A stretch of 64,000 nt of DNA, taken from the sequence record PV158447.1; one strand, given 5' to 3'. The notes below the pieces were generated by a model. The model had not been told where the DNA came from. It saw only the letters and a list, made by a program, of their open reading frames with translations, and ran no database searches. Position numbers and translations under genes: made by a program. Positions 19,517-29,610 of this stretch are shown piece after piece (the first letter of the stretch is position 1; the number at the start of each line of letters is the position of its first letter).

Positions 19517-22336
19517 TTATTCCTCTACTGGAGGTTCTTCATCGAGAATAACTTCTTCCTCGATCTCTTCCTTTTCTTCTTCTACAACGGTTTCGTCGCC
19601 GGTCGGAAGATCTTGATCAGCAAATGGATCGGGTCCATTGTCGTCAGAGATGAAACCACCATCGTTACCAAATCCAGTTTCGGTCACCAGAGGCTCGGTA
19701 CTGGAAACCTCTTCTTCCTCACCAGAATACTTGGCCATGAGTTTATCCCACTTCTTCTTATTCTTGGTGCTGGCTTTCATGTACTCGTCGTAGAAACGAT
19801 ACATGTTACCATCCAAGTTAAGAATACCGTTAACCAGAGAAGCAAGACCACCTCCTTCGCCATCGTTGAGAATTTCTTCAAACGGCATCGGAAGGTTGAA
19901 ACGTTTAAACGCATCGTAAAGGTACATGCCTTTAATCTGCGCTTCCAGAACGCTAGCCTCAACGTTAAGTTCTTCGGCCTTGGCTTTCACCAAAGTAGCA
20001 CCACCCATCTCCATCCACTTCTCTACAAGCTTCTGGATGGCATCCATCTTGTTTTCAATCTTGTTCAGAGTGTCAACCATGACGGGTTGTGGAAGTTCCA
20101 CAAAGAAGTTGTTAATGAAGTCCAGAAGAACAGCCTGCACTTCAGCCATTTCCCCTTTGTCTTCTTTCCCACCTTCCTGAGAAAATTCCCCTTCAATGCA
20201 TTCGGCCAGGGAACCACCTTGATCAGGTTTCTGATAAAGACCTTTGTTCTCTCGAATGTGTTCGATCAGCTCGGCCAATAGAGGCTCGTTAACTTTAACG
20301 TGTTTACGCATAAAGTCACTGGAGAACCGAGAGAATTCACGAGAATACGCAGAGGTCTGGTTTCTCAACAATTCTTGGTCCGCCAATGCTTCAATAGCAA
20401 ACTCGTTACCTTCCCCAGTGTCTTCCAGCCAACTCCGTTTCAAACCAAAGTGACCAGAGACAGTATTCAGCAATCCTTCACGGACATCGTTATCAATAGA
20501 CTTCAAAGGTTCGTGTTGAGCTTGACGAGCTTCAAAGCTAGGAGCGATGATGTTCGGGTTATCGCCTGGGTTGACTTTAATGATCAAACTCTGTTCCCGG
20601 AAACGGTCTATTACCGCATCAATGGAAACGTTGTTATAACCAACAATATCATGTAAGGTCGGGTTGTTAGAGAAGTATTCATCCCGAGCAATTGCTACCA
20701 ACTGACGAGGATCGAAGTTCTCTTTCTCCAAACCAATTTCCAGTTCGGTCTTAGAGATGGCATTCTCAATCTGAGCCAGAATGTTAGCTGTGTCCAGAAT
20801 CGCCAAACGAGTGATCTGAAGTTTCGCTTCTTCCACCAGACTCTTACCAATCCCCAGGTGAGAGAAATCGGTAGCGAAGTAGGTAACATATTCAGAAGGA
20901 ACAAATACACAACGTACACCCTGACCTCTGAACGCACGAGTCAGGAATAACTTCTTGTTGTGTTCGGACAGTGTGATTGAAACAGAGCGAGAAAGATCAC
21001 CGTTCAGGAAACCTTCCACGAATTCCTTTTCCAAGTTAGCAGAAGCCAGCTCTACCATCCACCCCATATCAAAGTTACAATCGCCACCTTGGGCAATCTG
21101 TTTGATATGAGAAGCCATCTCGTTCACAGTACCAAATGCAGGTTGGGTATCCAATCCTTTCTGTGCTTCCCGTTTCCCTTGGTAGAACTTAACATCTCCA
21201 GAGGTCTTCAGGAATTCACCTGTGTCGGGATCGACCAACAGAATGTGCCCGAACGGTTTACCAATTTCCCCGTTAACGTGAACTGGAATATCAGCTTCAG
21301 AAGGAATGTGATAACTTACACCAATTCCCTTACCCGTTCCTGAGTAGAAACGAGAACGTCTGACGGAAAGACTTTCTTGATGCCGATAATGCCGTTGAGG
21401 GTAAAGTTCTCTGAGGACTTCGTTGAGGTCCTTTTTCTTTGCAGTACCCACATTGTTCTTGTTTGGCTTATGCGTCTTACCTTTCTCTTTCTGAAAGACA
21501 TTGCTAAATACCGTTTCGAGAGTTTCCATCCCAGATCGTTGGTTCAATCTGTCCTGTACTAATGTCTGACGTAATTCACTTGTCTTCAAGACCACCGGGT
21601 TATCGGTAAAGGTCCATTTCAAATCTGGGTGAACGAGATTATACTCGGTCCCAGCCGATCCATGATCTGCGTAAATACTTTCCAAACCAGAACGATCAAT
21701 ATGTTCAGATTTCTCTTTACGAATATATCCAAAGTTCTTGGCAACGCTTAATTTACCTTCAAAGTTCTTGGTGAAGACATCTTGGAGAGTCGCACTTTCG
21801 GAACCAGAGATTTCCTGTCCATTGATCAAGTGGTCCAGAGCGGAGTGGCTCAAGTTCAAAAGAGAATAAGAACCAGTCCGGAAAAGGACATCCTTAATAA
21901 TTTGAGGCAGCATATCCTCAAAGGGATATTTGGTTGTAAAGTAGTTCTTGACGATCTGGATCAAACCGTCGTGAAGTTTCTCGTTCTTGATCTCAGAACT
22001 TTCTGTGTCATAACGAAGAAGCTGTTTCTGATCACCGTTTGGTTTCAGCAAAAGTGTTGTCCAAATTTGTTCAGCTCGCTTGATGTAGTGAGTGACACTT
22101 CGGAGATCGTTAGCAGCTTGTATGTTGTTAGAGATGATATCGGAGAGTTTCTTGACTTTCCGATATTCCGGACGAGAGAGTTCGTCTACCTGACGATCCG
22201 ATTTATGACGGTCGTCACGAACCATTAATGACTGAAGAGACTTCTCCACGGGGTTCAGATTTTCCAACTTCCCTCGCATTGCAGTCTTATCAACCAGTCG
22301 ATATCCCTTGGGGACATCACCACCTTTTCTACTCAT
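19517..22336 (-). CDS. portal protein (phiKZ gp129-like); likely start 22336
   Basis: ~940 aa; AGGAG RBS before MSRKGG; S-G-x-E maturation motifs; acidic tail; divergent from the baseplate gene as in phiKZ-like phages. Identity from synteny and recall. Confidence 0.65.
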   Translation of the reverse strand: MSRKGGDVPKGYRLVDKTAMRGKLENLNPVEKSLQSLMVRDDRHKSDRQVDELSRPEYRKVKKLSDIISNNIQAANDLRSVTHYIKRAEQIWTTLLLKPNGDQKQLLRYDTESSEIKNEKLHDGLIQIVKNYFTTKYPFEDMLPQIIKDVLFRTGSYSLLNLSHSALDHLINGQEISGSESATLQDVFTKNFEGKLSVAKNFGYIRKEKSEHIDRSGLESIYADHGSAGTEYNLVHPDLKWTFTDNPVVLKTSELRQTLVQDRLNQRSGMETLETVFSNVFQKEKGKTHKPNKNNVGTAKKKDLNEVLRELYPQRHYRHQESLSVRRSRFYSGTGKGIGVSYHIPSEADIPVHVNGEIGKPFGHILLVDPDTGEFLKTSGDVKFYQGKREAQKGLDTQPAFGTVNEMASHIKQIAQGGDCNFDMGWMVELASANLEKEFVEGFLNGDLSRSVSITLSEHNKKLFLTRAFRGQGVRCVFVPSEYVTYFATDFSHLGIGKSLVEEAKLQITRLAILDTANILAQIENAISKTELEIGLEKENFDPRQLVAIARDEYFSNNPTLHDIVGYNNVSIDAVIDRFREQSLIIKVNPGDNPNIIAPSFEARQAQHEPLKSIDNDVREGLLNTVSGHFGLKRSWLEDTGEGNEFAIEALADQELLRNQTSAYSREFSRFSSDFMRKHVKVNEPLLAELIEHIRENKGLYQKPDQGGSLAECIEGEFSQEGGKEDKGEMAEVQAVLLDFINNFFVELPQPVMVDTLNKIENKMDAIQKLVEKWMEMGGATLVKAKAEELNVEASVLEAQIKGMYLYDAFKRFNLPMPFEEILNDGEGGGLASLVNGILNLDGNMYRFYDEYMKASTKNKKKWDKLMAKYSGEEEEVSSTEPLVTETGFGNDGGFISDDNGPDPFADQDLPTGDETVVEEEKEEIEEEVILDEEPPVEE

Positions 22337-22357
22337 AACACTCCTAGGAATTAACCC

Positions 22358-24472
22358 ATGCTGGATAATGTTGATTTTAAAGCCTATGTAAACAGGACAA
22401 TCGCATTCGCCCGCACCATCGTTATCAAGTGTGAAGAACTTGCCATTCTGGATAACACCCAGATGAAGAACCACTATGGTTTAATAGCAGGAACAGACAA
22501 GAGTAAATGGCGTTACTATTTAAACCTAAATGGTGACTACCACTCCACTGACACGATGATGCAAATTCAATCTCTCGACAATGGTGACGAGATTGACTTC
22601 ACTAAAAATAATCTAGACCTTCACCCCGCAACAAAACGAGCATACCGTCAGGGTAGCTATTATTACACACGATTGGTTGATAAATACCCTGGTCAGCGTG
22701 ATCTCATTAACGGAATTATTAACCCGATTCCGACATCGGAATCAATTCCCGCTAAGAACTACGAGATCCTTCGTTACAACCAAGACTACGTGCTCTGGAA
22801 TGAATATCAACTTATTCCGGCACTACAGAGCCATATATACAACCTCGTGAACACATCATTCGGTACCAAGTACGTTAAAACTGACAACCTGATGCTCACT
22901 ACGTTGATCGGGACTCTGTACGGTTCTTTGGTCTCGGCCATTCTTCAAATTAGGGAAGATGGAAAGGGGACTCGGTATGCTCACGATTTCCACATTTGGT
23001 CCCGACTGAGTTCGCTCGGTCTCTCTACTGTTTATAAGTCTGTACTAGACAGAAAACAGACCATGTGGCTATATCGTAACTTGGAGTACGTTCTCAAGGT
23101 ACAAGGTAGACGGAAAACGTTCGATGAACTGGTGGAGATTATTTTAACCCATCGTCAGGTTCCCCTCGCACGTTATGAGTCTGTCCAGACAACAGAGGAA
23201 CAGCTCACCACACTTCGACCAGCTCCTAAGCTCATGAGCCGTCCTGTGAACTTACAGGATGATTATGGGTCTAGTTTACGGCTGTGGACCGTCCCTGAAG
23301 TTATTACCAAGGAAATTCCTTTGGCGTTAGATAACCTCAGGAACAAAGATCTTGATGAGGATCTTACAGCCAGAGGGATTGAAAACGGACTGGTTTCCAG
23401 AGCACCTTCCAAAGTACTCGAATCTGTCATGATGGATACGACCGATCGTAATCCTGAAAGTTTGATGCGGCTCCTTGCCAACCACTGGCCTTATATGGCC
23501 GCTAACGACTATTACAATATCAGTCATGATTACGTCGATCTCAGAACAGGAAGTCATTTCCGTCTAGATACCAAGGAATCCTACATACTTTGGTGTTACC
23601 TGATCGACAGGTACAATCACAATGAGAGAGAAGAAATCCCTTGGTATAACTATTTCGGGGTAAGGAAGATTAATACTCCTACCTATCTGGAATTGATGGA
23701 ACTGGGGAACCGAGAAATTCTAACAGAAGCACGTTGTAAAGAGATCTTGGCAGTTAATGTAAACTATGAAAGGTTGATATCTCCCGATGGTTATTTCAAT
23801 AAAGTCAAAGACATCTTTGATAAACGTTGGGATCATACCAAAATGGGATCTCGCATTTTCAACATGCTTTACCATGCACAGATTAATAACGCTATTAACT
23901 CTGTTTATGAGACGGGTGTCGTTTCATTAACCACAATGAAAACTTACGGAGAGTTCCTGGAGTTCCACGATCTTTCTTTTGTAAGTTACAGCCAGGATGA
24001 GTTGCTGGATCTTGCCTGGTCTATCTGGAAACGAGTGACAGGCTGGGAGAACATCAACTTCATTAGCGTGAGTGATCAACAGCGTATGTTGATTAACTTG
24101 ATGAAGGACCTCACGAGCTACACGGTGCAGTATATCGGCTCTACGGATGACGCTGGGGGTAACTATAACCTTGGGTATCAACCACTGTTAGAGAACGATT
24201 CACAAACTGCGGGAGGAGGAACCGAGCTGGTTGGTGACATGGATAACTTGATTATTCCTGTTATCAAGTATGGAGTTCCTGAAGCAAGGTTGGAAGTTGA
24301 GACCAGACCGCTGAGTGTGGTGGGGACTGGGATAGACAGTTTTTATGCCGAGTCAATCGGTAGAGGAGACGTCATCCTAAGACTGAACGTGTATCAAATC
24401 GATACAGATCCAGAACCTTCCGCTTACACCATCCAGCAAGCACTCACTCTCATCCCAGTTGTCGAGGAATAA
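22358..24472 (+). CDS. baseplate wedge-like virion protein (phiKZ gp128-like)
   Basis: 704 aa; KWRYYLNLNGDYH motif; position next to the portal. Confidence 0.6.
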   Translation: MLDNVDFKAYVNRTIAFARTIVIKCEELAILDNTQMKNHYGLIAGTDKSKWRYYLNLNGDYHSTDTMMQIQSLDNGDEIDFTKNNLDLHPATKRAYRQGSYYYTRLVDKYPGQRDLINGIINPIPTSESIPAKNYEILRYNQDYVLWNEYQLIPALQSHIYNLVNTSFGTKYVKTDNLMLTTLIGTLYGSLVSAILQIREDGKGTRYAHDFHIWSRLSSLGLSTVYKSVLDRKQTMWLYRNLEYVLKVQGRRKTFDELVEIILTHRQVPLARYESVQTTEEQLTTLRPAPKLMSRPVNLQDDYGSSLRLWTVPEVITKEIPLALDNLRNKDLDEDLTARGIENGLVSRAPSKVLESVMMDTTDRNPESLMRLLANHWPYMAANDYYNISHDYVDLRTGSHFRLDTKESYILWCYLIDRYNHNEREEIPWYNYFGVRKINTPTYLELMELGNREILTEARCKEILAVNVNYERLISPDGYFNKVKDIFDKRWDHTKMGSRIFNMLYHAQINNAINSVYETGVVSLTTMKTYGEFLEFHDLSFVSYSQDELLDLAWSIWKRVTGWENINFISVSDQQRMLINLMKDLTSYTVQYIGSTDDAGGNYNLGYQPLLENDSQTAGGGTELVGDMDNLIIPVIKYGVPEARLEVETRPLSVVGTGIDSFYAESIGRGDVILRLNVYQIDTDPEPSAYTIQQALTLIPVVEE

Positions 24473-24793
24473 ATGGAACGTCTCTCTAGTCTTTATAAGA
24501 CAGAAGAAATCACAATAGTAGCAAGTGGGGAAGAACATCTTCTCCTTTTGCTGAACGACCGTCATGTTAAACACGAGAAAGCGGATCTCAAGTTCCTCAA
24601 CTGTTTCAAGTTAAAAACAGACATTGAGGAGCCCATACCGCACGATATCGCTAAACTGGTCAGAACGAAATACATTCCGTTTTACAGTAGTGATATTGAA
24701 AAGATTATTACTGAGGAAGATCATTTTAAAATCATCCTTCATTCTAACCTCACTATTCACTTCGGTGAATTTCTCATTTATAAGGAACAGTAA
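24473..24793 (+). CDS. hypothetical protein
   Basis: Coupled ORF abutting both neighbours (TAAATG, TAATG). Confidence 0.6.
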   Translation: MERLSSLYKTEEITIVASGEEHLLLLLNDRHVKHEKADLKFLNCFKLKTDIEEPIPHDIAKLVRTKYIPFYSSDIEKIITEEDHFKIILHSNLTIHFGEFLIYKEQ

Positions 24794-25710
24794 TGTCAAG
24801 CATTGATACTGGTAGTGTTAAAAGTAAACTACCCAACACCCTGATCACACCTTCTGGTATTGGTATCGCGGTTTCCGCAGCCTCTACCTGTAAAGAAGAT
24901 ATTGAGATTCCGAAATACACCACTCTGAACGAACACTACGGTGTTTTGGCGGATGAGTCTATCGGCGTTAAGCACGGTGAAGATTTCGCTCTGAAGTACT
25001 TCGGTGTAGGTATCGGTGGTTCCCGCTCCATTGGGGTGGGTAGCAACGGTCTGGAAGGGCGTAAAGTCTACGAGCATAAAGCCACTGACTGTAACGCATT
25101 CTTTCCCATCCCGCTGGTTGCTCGTTTGATAGATGAACCGTTGGATCCTTCTGTTCGTGACAAATACCGTATGCGTGTTGTCAAGACCGTGGGGGATAAA
25201 ACTTATGAACTGTGGTATCTGAAGAAAGCCGGTTTCACTGGATTCAAACCTAGTGTTAAAATCGGCACTCGTGATCCGCTTACCGGTAATCAGTCTGAGC
25301 GTCCCTATACGTTCCGTAAAGAAGACCTTAGTCCCCCTCCGTATGAGTTGACTTCTGTCAATGCGATTCCACTGACTAACGAATACGTTAACGGTACTGG
25401 CAAAATTGACATGTCTCTTGACGAGAACGATCTGAACGAACTCCGTAACGTTTGTCGGATCCTTTTCGGTGACAGTTCTCTGGCTGCCATTAACGAACTC
25501 TATCTGGCGTTTGGTATCGAGACCACTCATAACGGTCAAGTGGGCGGTGGTGGGACCATCAACTACAAAGAACTGTTAAGTGCGATCGTGGCGTATAACA
25601 TCACTGAAGCCTGGGCTCGGGATGCCAATGCGAACACTAAGATGCCGTTCTTCTTCAACTATGGTAACTCAGTGCCACTGTTGATCGATCAGTCGGTGCT
25701 TGCTGGTTAA
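24793..25710 (+). CDS. conserved virion structural (baseplate) protein
   Basis: 305 aa; LKYFGVGIGG motif; elevated codon bias. Confidence 0.55.
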   Translation: MSSIDTGSVKSKLPNTLITPSGIGIAVSAASTCKEDIEIPKYTTLNEHYGVLADESIGVKHGEDFALKYFGVGIGGSRSIGVGSNGLEGRKVYEHKATDCNAFFPIPLVARLIDEPLDPSVRDKYRMRVVKTVGDKTYELWYLKKAGFTGFKPSVKIGTRDPLTGNQSERPYTFRKEDLSPPPYELTSVNAIPLTNEYVNGTGKIDMSLDENDLNELRNVCRILFGDSSLAAINELYLAFGIETTHNGQVGGGGTINYKELLSAIVAYNITEAWARDANANTKMPFFFNYGNSVPLLIDQSVLAG

Positions 25711-25725
25711 ACTAAGGAGGTTGAA

Positions 25726-26352
25726 ATGAGTATTAACGTTCCAACCTCCAACGAGTCTCGACTCTTTCTTCCCTTGAATGTCGGGGAGAGTACACTCTCC
25801 CTTATCCCTCGGATTGCCATTGTTCATAACGCCAAACTTGACCCCTCCCTCTATGAGGACAGTTCCGTTTACTTGACTGACAATGGTGAACTCAGAGTGG
25901 ATCTAGTAAACCTACACACGGGACTCGTTGATTACGCTTTCACCAATGGTAAAACAAGTGTCGGATTAGTCAAGGGGGAAACTCCATACTTCCCCCACCC
26001 CAAGTCTGGGCAATACCCAGAAATAGAAAAGAATCTCCAAGTTGTCATTAACACCAAATGCGAACTTCGTTTTCTGAACGATATGACTGTAGGGACAATT
26101 GACGACACAGGGAATCTTTCTTCTGAGCGCGCTCGTCATCTGGCTCAGCTCTTGAATCGTTACCAACTCGGTGACGGCTGGAGTTGTAATCCAGGTAGAG
26201 GAAATACCACAGCGTTTTTCAAGTTACTTTATCTAGGTGACATGAAAGACATGCCCGATGAATTTAAGATCAACCACAATACTCCCTACGGAGCTGTTGT
26301 AGAGTTGACGACTCCGACAGGGCCTGCGGTTTATTGTTTAGCAGTGGGATAA
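25726..26352 (+). CDS. putative virion/tail-associated protein
   Basis: AAGGAGG RBS; C-terminal LAQLLNRYQLGDGW...LLYLG resembles phiKZ-type fibre terminal domains (recalled). Confidence 0.45.
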   Translation: MSINVPTSNESRLFLPLNVGESTLSLIPRIAIVHNAKLDPSLYEDSSVYLTDNGELRVDLVNLHTGLVDYAFTNGKTSVGLVKGETPYFPHPKSGQYPEIEKNLQVVINTKCELRFLNDMTVGTIDDTGNLSSERARHLAQLLNRYQLGDGWSCNPGRGNTTAFFKLLYLGDMKDMPDEFKINHNTPYGAVVELTTPTGPAVYCLAVG

Positions 26353-26356
26353 AGAA

Positions 26357-26944
26357 ATGCTAAAAATTATGGGAATAGACCCAGGGATCAATAACCTGGG
26401 ACTGGCTGCATTAGAGTTGTCTGTTCATGAAACCAAGCCGTTCAAGTTGGTTTATGCAGACACTATCCATGGTGTACATAACGAGTACGGAATGGTTGAT
26501 GACGGTCAGAAATCGTTAGCGGCAGAAGGATTGACCAGAGCCTACAGTCAAGCACTGAAAGTCATTGATCCTGATTTCGTTGGATGTGAAGATAACTTCC
26601 TTGGGTTGAGCGCTGCGTCTTTTAAACGACTGATCGAAGTTGTTTCTTACTTCCGCATTCATACATTGGAAAGTGATCGATGTGTTTGGTTTAAACTGGT
26701 ATTACCAAGATTGGCCAAACAGATTGTGGGAGCTGACTTCCGAGGTTCTGGTAAAGACGATGTAACGAAGGGATTGAAAGCTTGTCCTTTCCTAGATCTT
26801 AACGGCTTCGATCTGGATCAACTCTCTGAACACGCCAACGACGCTATCTTGATTGCACTCTACTTTGCAGTGCTCTATTACAAAGACCTGGGTCGGGACG
26901 TGTTGAATGGGACAGATAAAGATGGGATCGGGAAGGTGGGTTGA
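26357..26944 (+). CDS. ruvC: RuvC-like Holliday junction resolvase
   Basis: IMGIDPGINNLG, CEDNF and HANDAILIA catalytic motifs. Confidence 0.9.
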   Translation: MLKIMGIDPGINNLGLAALELSVHETKPFKLVYADTIHGVHNEYGMVDDGQKSLAAEGLTRAYSQALKVIDPDFVGCEDNFLGLSAASFKRLIEVVSYFRIHTLESDRCVWFKLVLPRLAKQIVGADFRGSGKDDVTKGLKACPFLDLNGFDLDQLSEHANDAILIALYFAVLYYKDLGRDVLNGTDKDGIGKVG

Positions 26945-27548
26945 CAGACTCCCTGCTATCATGAGAAGTGTCTCTGGGTTCAACTCTTCTCTCGCTGTGG
27001 TAGCGACTAGTATCATTTTCGTATTAACGATTAATGAAGCTGTGATGAAAACAGAGATAGGATGGATAGGTGGGTTGGAAATACTCATCATGTTAATGGG
27101 GCCGGTTATTATTGCCTGGAACTTTGTTAACGTACATTCTACTCTGGAATCGGTCATACAAGCCAACACAGAGCAAACAGAAGACGATCAGACAACTTCC
27201 ACTCGTAAATGTTACCCAAAGGGTTACATCACTCCCAACGACGCTGCTATGGAGCGGGAAGTCTTTGGAACGGGAACGATGTTGTTAAGAGCACTGGTAG
27301 GTTTTATTGCTGCTCATTCCATCTGTTTTACTAGTCTGGTTTATACTTGGACTATTAGAACAGCTGTATTGAGTGGGAAAGTAATGCCTGGGGAATTCGA
27401 TATATTCATTGCGGTTATCGGCCCCATCATTACTTCGTGGAACTTCGTCAGAGCTGCCAATACGATCAACGTCTTGATCAGTGGCGGAACAATGATCATG
27501 AACTTCAGAACGTGGCTGTCGGCTGCAATTGCACCTAAACCAAAATAA
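26907..27548 (+). CDS. four-TM membrane protein, candidate holin
   Basis: Four hydrophobic segments with duplicated GP(V/I)I..WNFV; basic C-terminus; adjacent to the spanins. Confidence 0.5.
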   Translation: MGQIKMGSGRWVDRLPAIMRSVSGFNSSLAVVATSIIFVLTINEAVMKTEIGWIGGLEILIMLMGPVIIAWNFVNVHSTLESVIQANTEQTEDDQTTSTRKCYPKGYITPNDAAMEREVFGTGTMLLRALVGFIAAHSICFTSLVYTWTIRTAVLSGKVMPGEFDIFIAVIGPIITSWNFVRAANTINVLISGGTMIMNFRTWLSAAIAPKPK

Positions 27549-27554
27549 AACCTA

Positions 27555-27581
27555 CTCTACTCTCCGCTTGGGAGAGTAGAG
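27555..27581. terminator. bidirectional terminator hairpin, identical to 42912-42938
   Basis: ctctactctccgcttgggagagtagag. Confidence 0.8.
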
Positions 27582-27593
27582 TGGTTATTACTG

Positions 27594-28031
27594 TCATTTT
27601 AAACTCACACCTTTATCAGATACTTCATTGATGATCACTGAGATGTTTTCAGTGAGTTTATCAATGACTTCGTTCAAGGCGTTGATTTTGTTTGTAGACG
27701 TATCGAGCTCTTTAGTAGTGGAGATCAAGAACAGTCTGGTGGTGCGATAACAAGACGACTTAGCTACAGTCTTCTCACAGTCGTTCATTTCCAGGAACTG
27801 TGCGAGCTTTTCTTGTCTGGGTTCTATAGGCTTCCAGTCCTTAGTGTATACCCTAGGAGGAACCGCAGTAAGATCCCGTTCAAGGAGTTTTACTTGATCC
27901 TTTACTAAATTTAACTTTGCTATTTCCGTCTTCATCTCGACGTAACTCTTCGCCGCCGAAACGTCCGGTTGGGAGGAGCAACTGCTGAGCATAAAGAGCA
28001 TCAAGAGGAAGAGCCAACTCCGTGCCATCAT
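27594..28031 (-). CDS. o-spanin-like outer-membrane lipoprotein
   Basis: MMARSWLFLLMLFMLSS-C lipobox; AAAGG RBS; helical periplasmic domain; overlaps the 3' end of the upstream TM-anchored gene. Confidence 0.65.
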   Translation of the reverse strand: MMARSWLFLLMLFMLSSCSSQPDVSAAKSYVEMKTEIAKLNLVKDQVKLLERDLTAVPPRVYTKDWKPIEPRQEKLAQFLEMNDCEKTVAKSSCYRTTRLFLISTTKELDTSTNKINALNEVIDKLTENISVIINEVSDKGVSLK

Positions 28032-28341
28032 AGTTAAACCTTTTATAAACCTCTTCATATCGGTCTCGGAGTTCCTGGTCACGTTGAGCAACCTTCTTAT
28101 CCATTTCCGCTATCCAGAGTTGTTGTCTGTCTGCTGTCTGAGCTAACTTATCAGAAGCCTTAGCAAACTTCTCCACTGCTGCTGATAAGTCCTGTACTGT
28201 TTGCTGGTTTAACTCATTCGGGTTCCCACGCACAATAAAAACGTAGATGAGAATGCCGGTAAGTATCCAGGGAAGTACCCAGGCGTATGATTTCAATTTG
28301 CTAGCGATGGAACTAGCTGCGACTGCGGGAAGTGCAATCAT
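27880..28341 (-). CDS. i-spanin-like inner-membrane protein (start 28341 or 28365)
   Basis: Single N-terminal TM (AWVLPWILTGILIYVFIV) then coiled coil; overlaps the lipoprotein gene. Confidence 0.6.
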   Translation of the reverse strand: MIALPAVAASSIASKLKSYAWVLPWILTGILIYVFIVRGNPNELNQQTVQDLSAAVEKFAKASDKLAQTADRQQLWIAEMDKKVAQRDQELRDRYEEVYKRFNYDGTELALPLDALYAQQLLLPTGRFGGEELRRDEDGNSKVKFSKGSSKTP

Positions 28342-28342
28342 A

Positions 28343-29578
28343 TCAAGCACTCTTGAAAGAGACACCGAATACTTTAAAGAAATATCCCCTCGGGAGATGA
28401 CCCGGATCCCCTTGGTTCATTGCCAGTGAGTTATAACTACTCCCAGCCATAGTCCCAGAAGTTTCAATTGGATAGTTTCTTTGTATACGGACGTCGTGGT
28501 TTAACAAACGTTGTTTAATACCGTAAGACTTCGGGTAAACGGTAGGAAACAACCCATTCTCCAACATAACCGGATGAGGAAACTTGTTCTCGGTATGTAG
28601 GACATTAGGATAGTGAAACGTGGACAATGGTTCCACTTCAATACCCAATGTGGGATTATCGATAAAGACTAGGAAAGAGTTGTGCTTGGTTAACGCTTCC
28701 TTTATGTATTTATCGAACTTATTCATATCAGCAAGTTTAGGGGTCTTGGTATATTCCCGATAAGTCTGATAATGTTTCATTGGATTAAAAGACTTGGGAT
28801 TGAACATCAGCTCTGTTCCACTGACTTGATAGATAATATCATCATCAACAAGCAATTGGCCATTAAGTACCAACCAGGCGGTTCTGTTCCCAGTTAACAT
28901 GGATTTGTTAACTTTGATCTTCCAGCGAGTATCGCCAGAAGTTTTAACCTCGTAAAGCATTTCTGGAGTAACAGGAGTAGTTTGAACCTTACCCAATTGT
29001 TTAAAGTTCAATGCGCCTAACCGAACATCTCGTTTGGCGTGGATGTAATCGGATCCGGCGCCAACTAGGAAGAGTCCGTCAGAGCGAGGAACTCCGCGAT
29101 AGAAAACCCCATTGACCGTAAAAAGCCCGTAATCAGCAATCGCTTTATAATCAATACCGGTATGATACTGATAGTGTTTGACAAGAATGTCAGGTGCGGT
29201 GTCCGCAAACAAATCTTCCTGTCTATCTTTTGCAAGATTGAGGTCGCCTGGATAGTGGAAGTATCCGTCCGTAAAGGGACGAACTGCATTCACAAATAGA
29301 CGATCCTTTCCAGGAATCACAGGAGACCGTACAAGCACTTCCTGGCTCTTTGTGTCAAGCCATTCCTGAATATCCATGGTCGGGTTACTTTCGAATTCCA
29401 GTTGGTATCTATCCAATTGAATCGCGATCTCTCCATTGAAGACAGAATCGTGCATAACGATATAAAGGGTAGAGAACAACTTACCCAAATCTTTAATGTA
29501 GTATTGAGCAATGTCGACCACATGAAAACCAGGTTGGTAATCCTTGTACCGTCCTACCGCATATAGGTATTTGTACAT
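28343..29578 (-). CDS. conserved virion structural protein
   Basis: 411-aa ORF; AAAGAG RBS-like; within the tail cluster. Confidence 0.55.
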   Translation of the reverse strand: MYKYLYAVGRYKDYQPGFHVVDIAQYYIKDLGKLFSTLYIVMHDSVFNGEIAIQLDRYQLEFESNPTMDIQEWLDTKSQEVLVRSPVIPGKDRLFVNAVRPFTDGYFHYPGDLNLAKDRQEDLFADTAPDILVKHYQYHTGIDYKAIADYGLFTVNGVFYRGVPRSDGLFLVGAGSDYIHAKRDVRLGALNFKQLGKVQTTPVTPEMLYEVKTSGDTRWKIKVNKSMLTGNRTAWLVLNGQLLVDDDIIYQVSGTELMFNPKSFNPMKHYQTYREYTKTPKLADMNKFDKYIKEALTKHNSFLVFIDNPTLGIEVEPLSTFHYPNVLHTENKFPHPVMLENGLFPTVYPKSYGIKQRLLNHDVRIQRNYPIETSGTMAGSSYNSLAMNQGDPGHLPRGYFFKVFGVSFKSA

Positions 29579-29610
29579 CTCTTTTTCACCTTTTCAAACG
29601 TGGGGTTATT

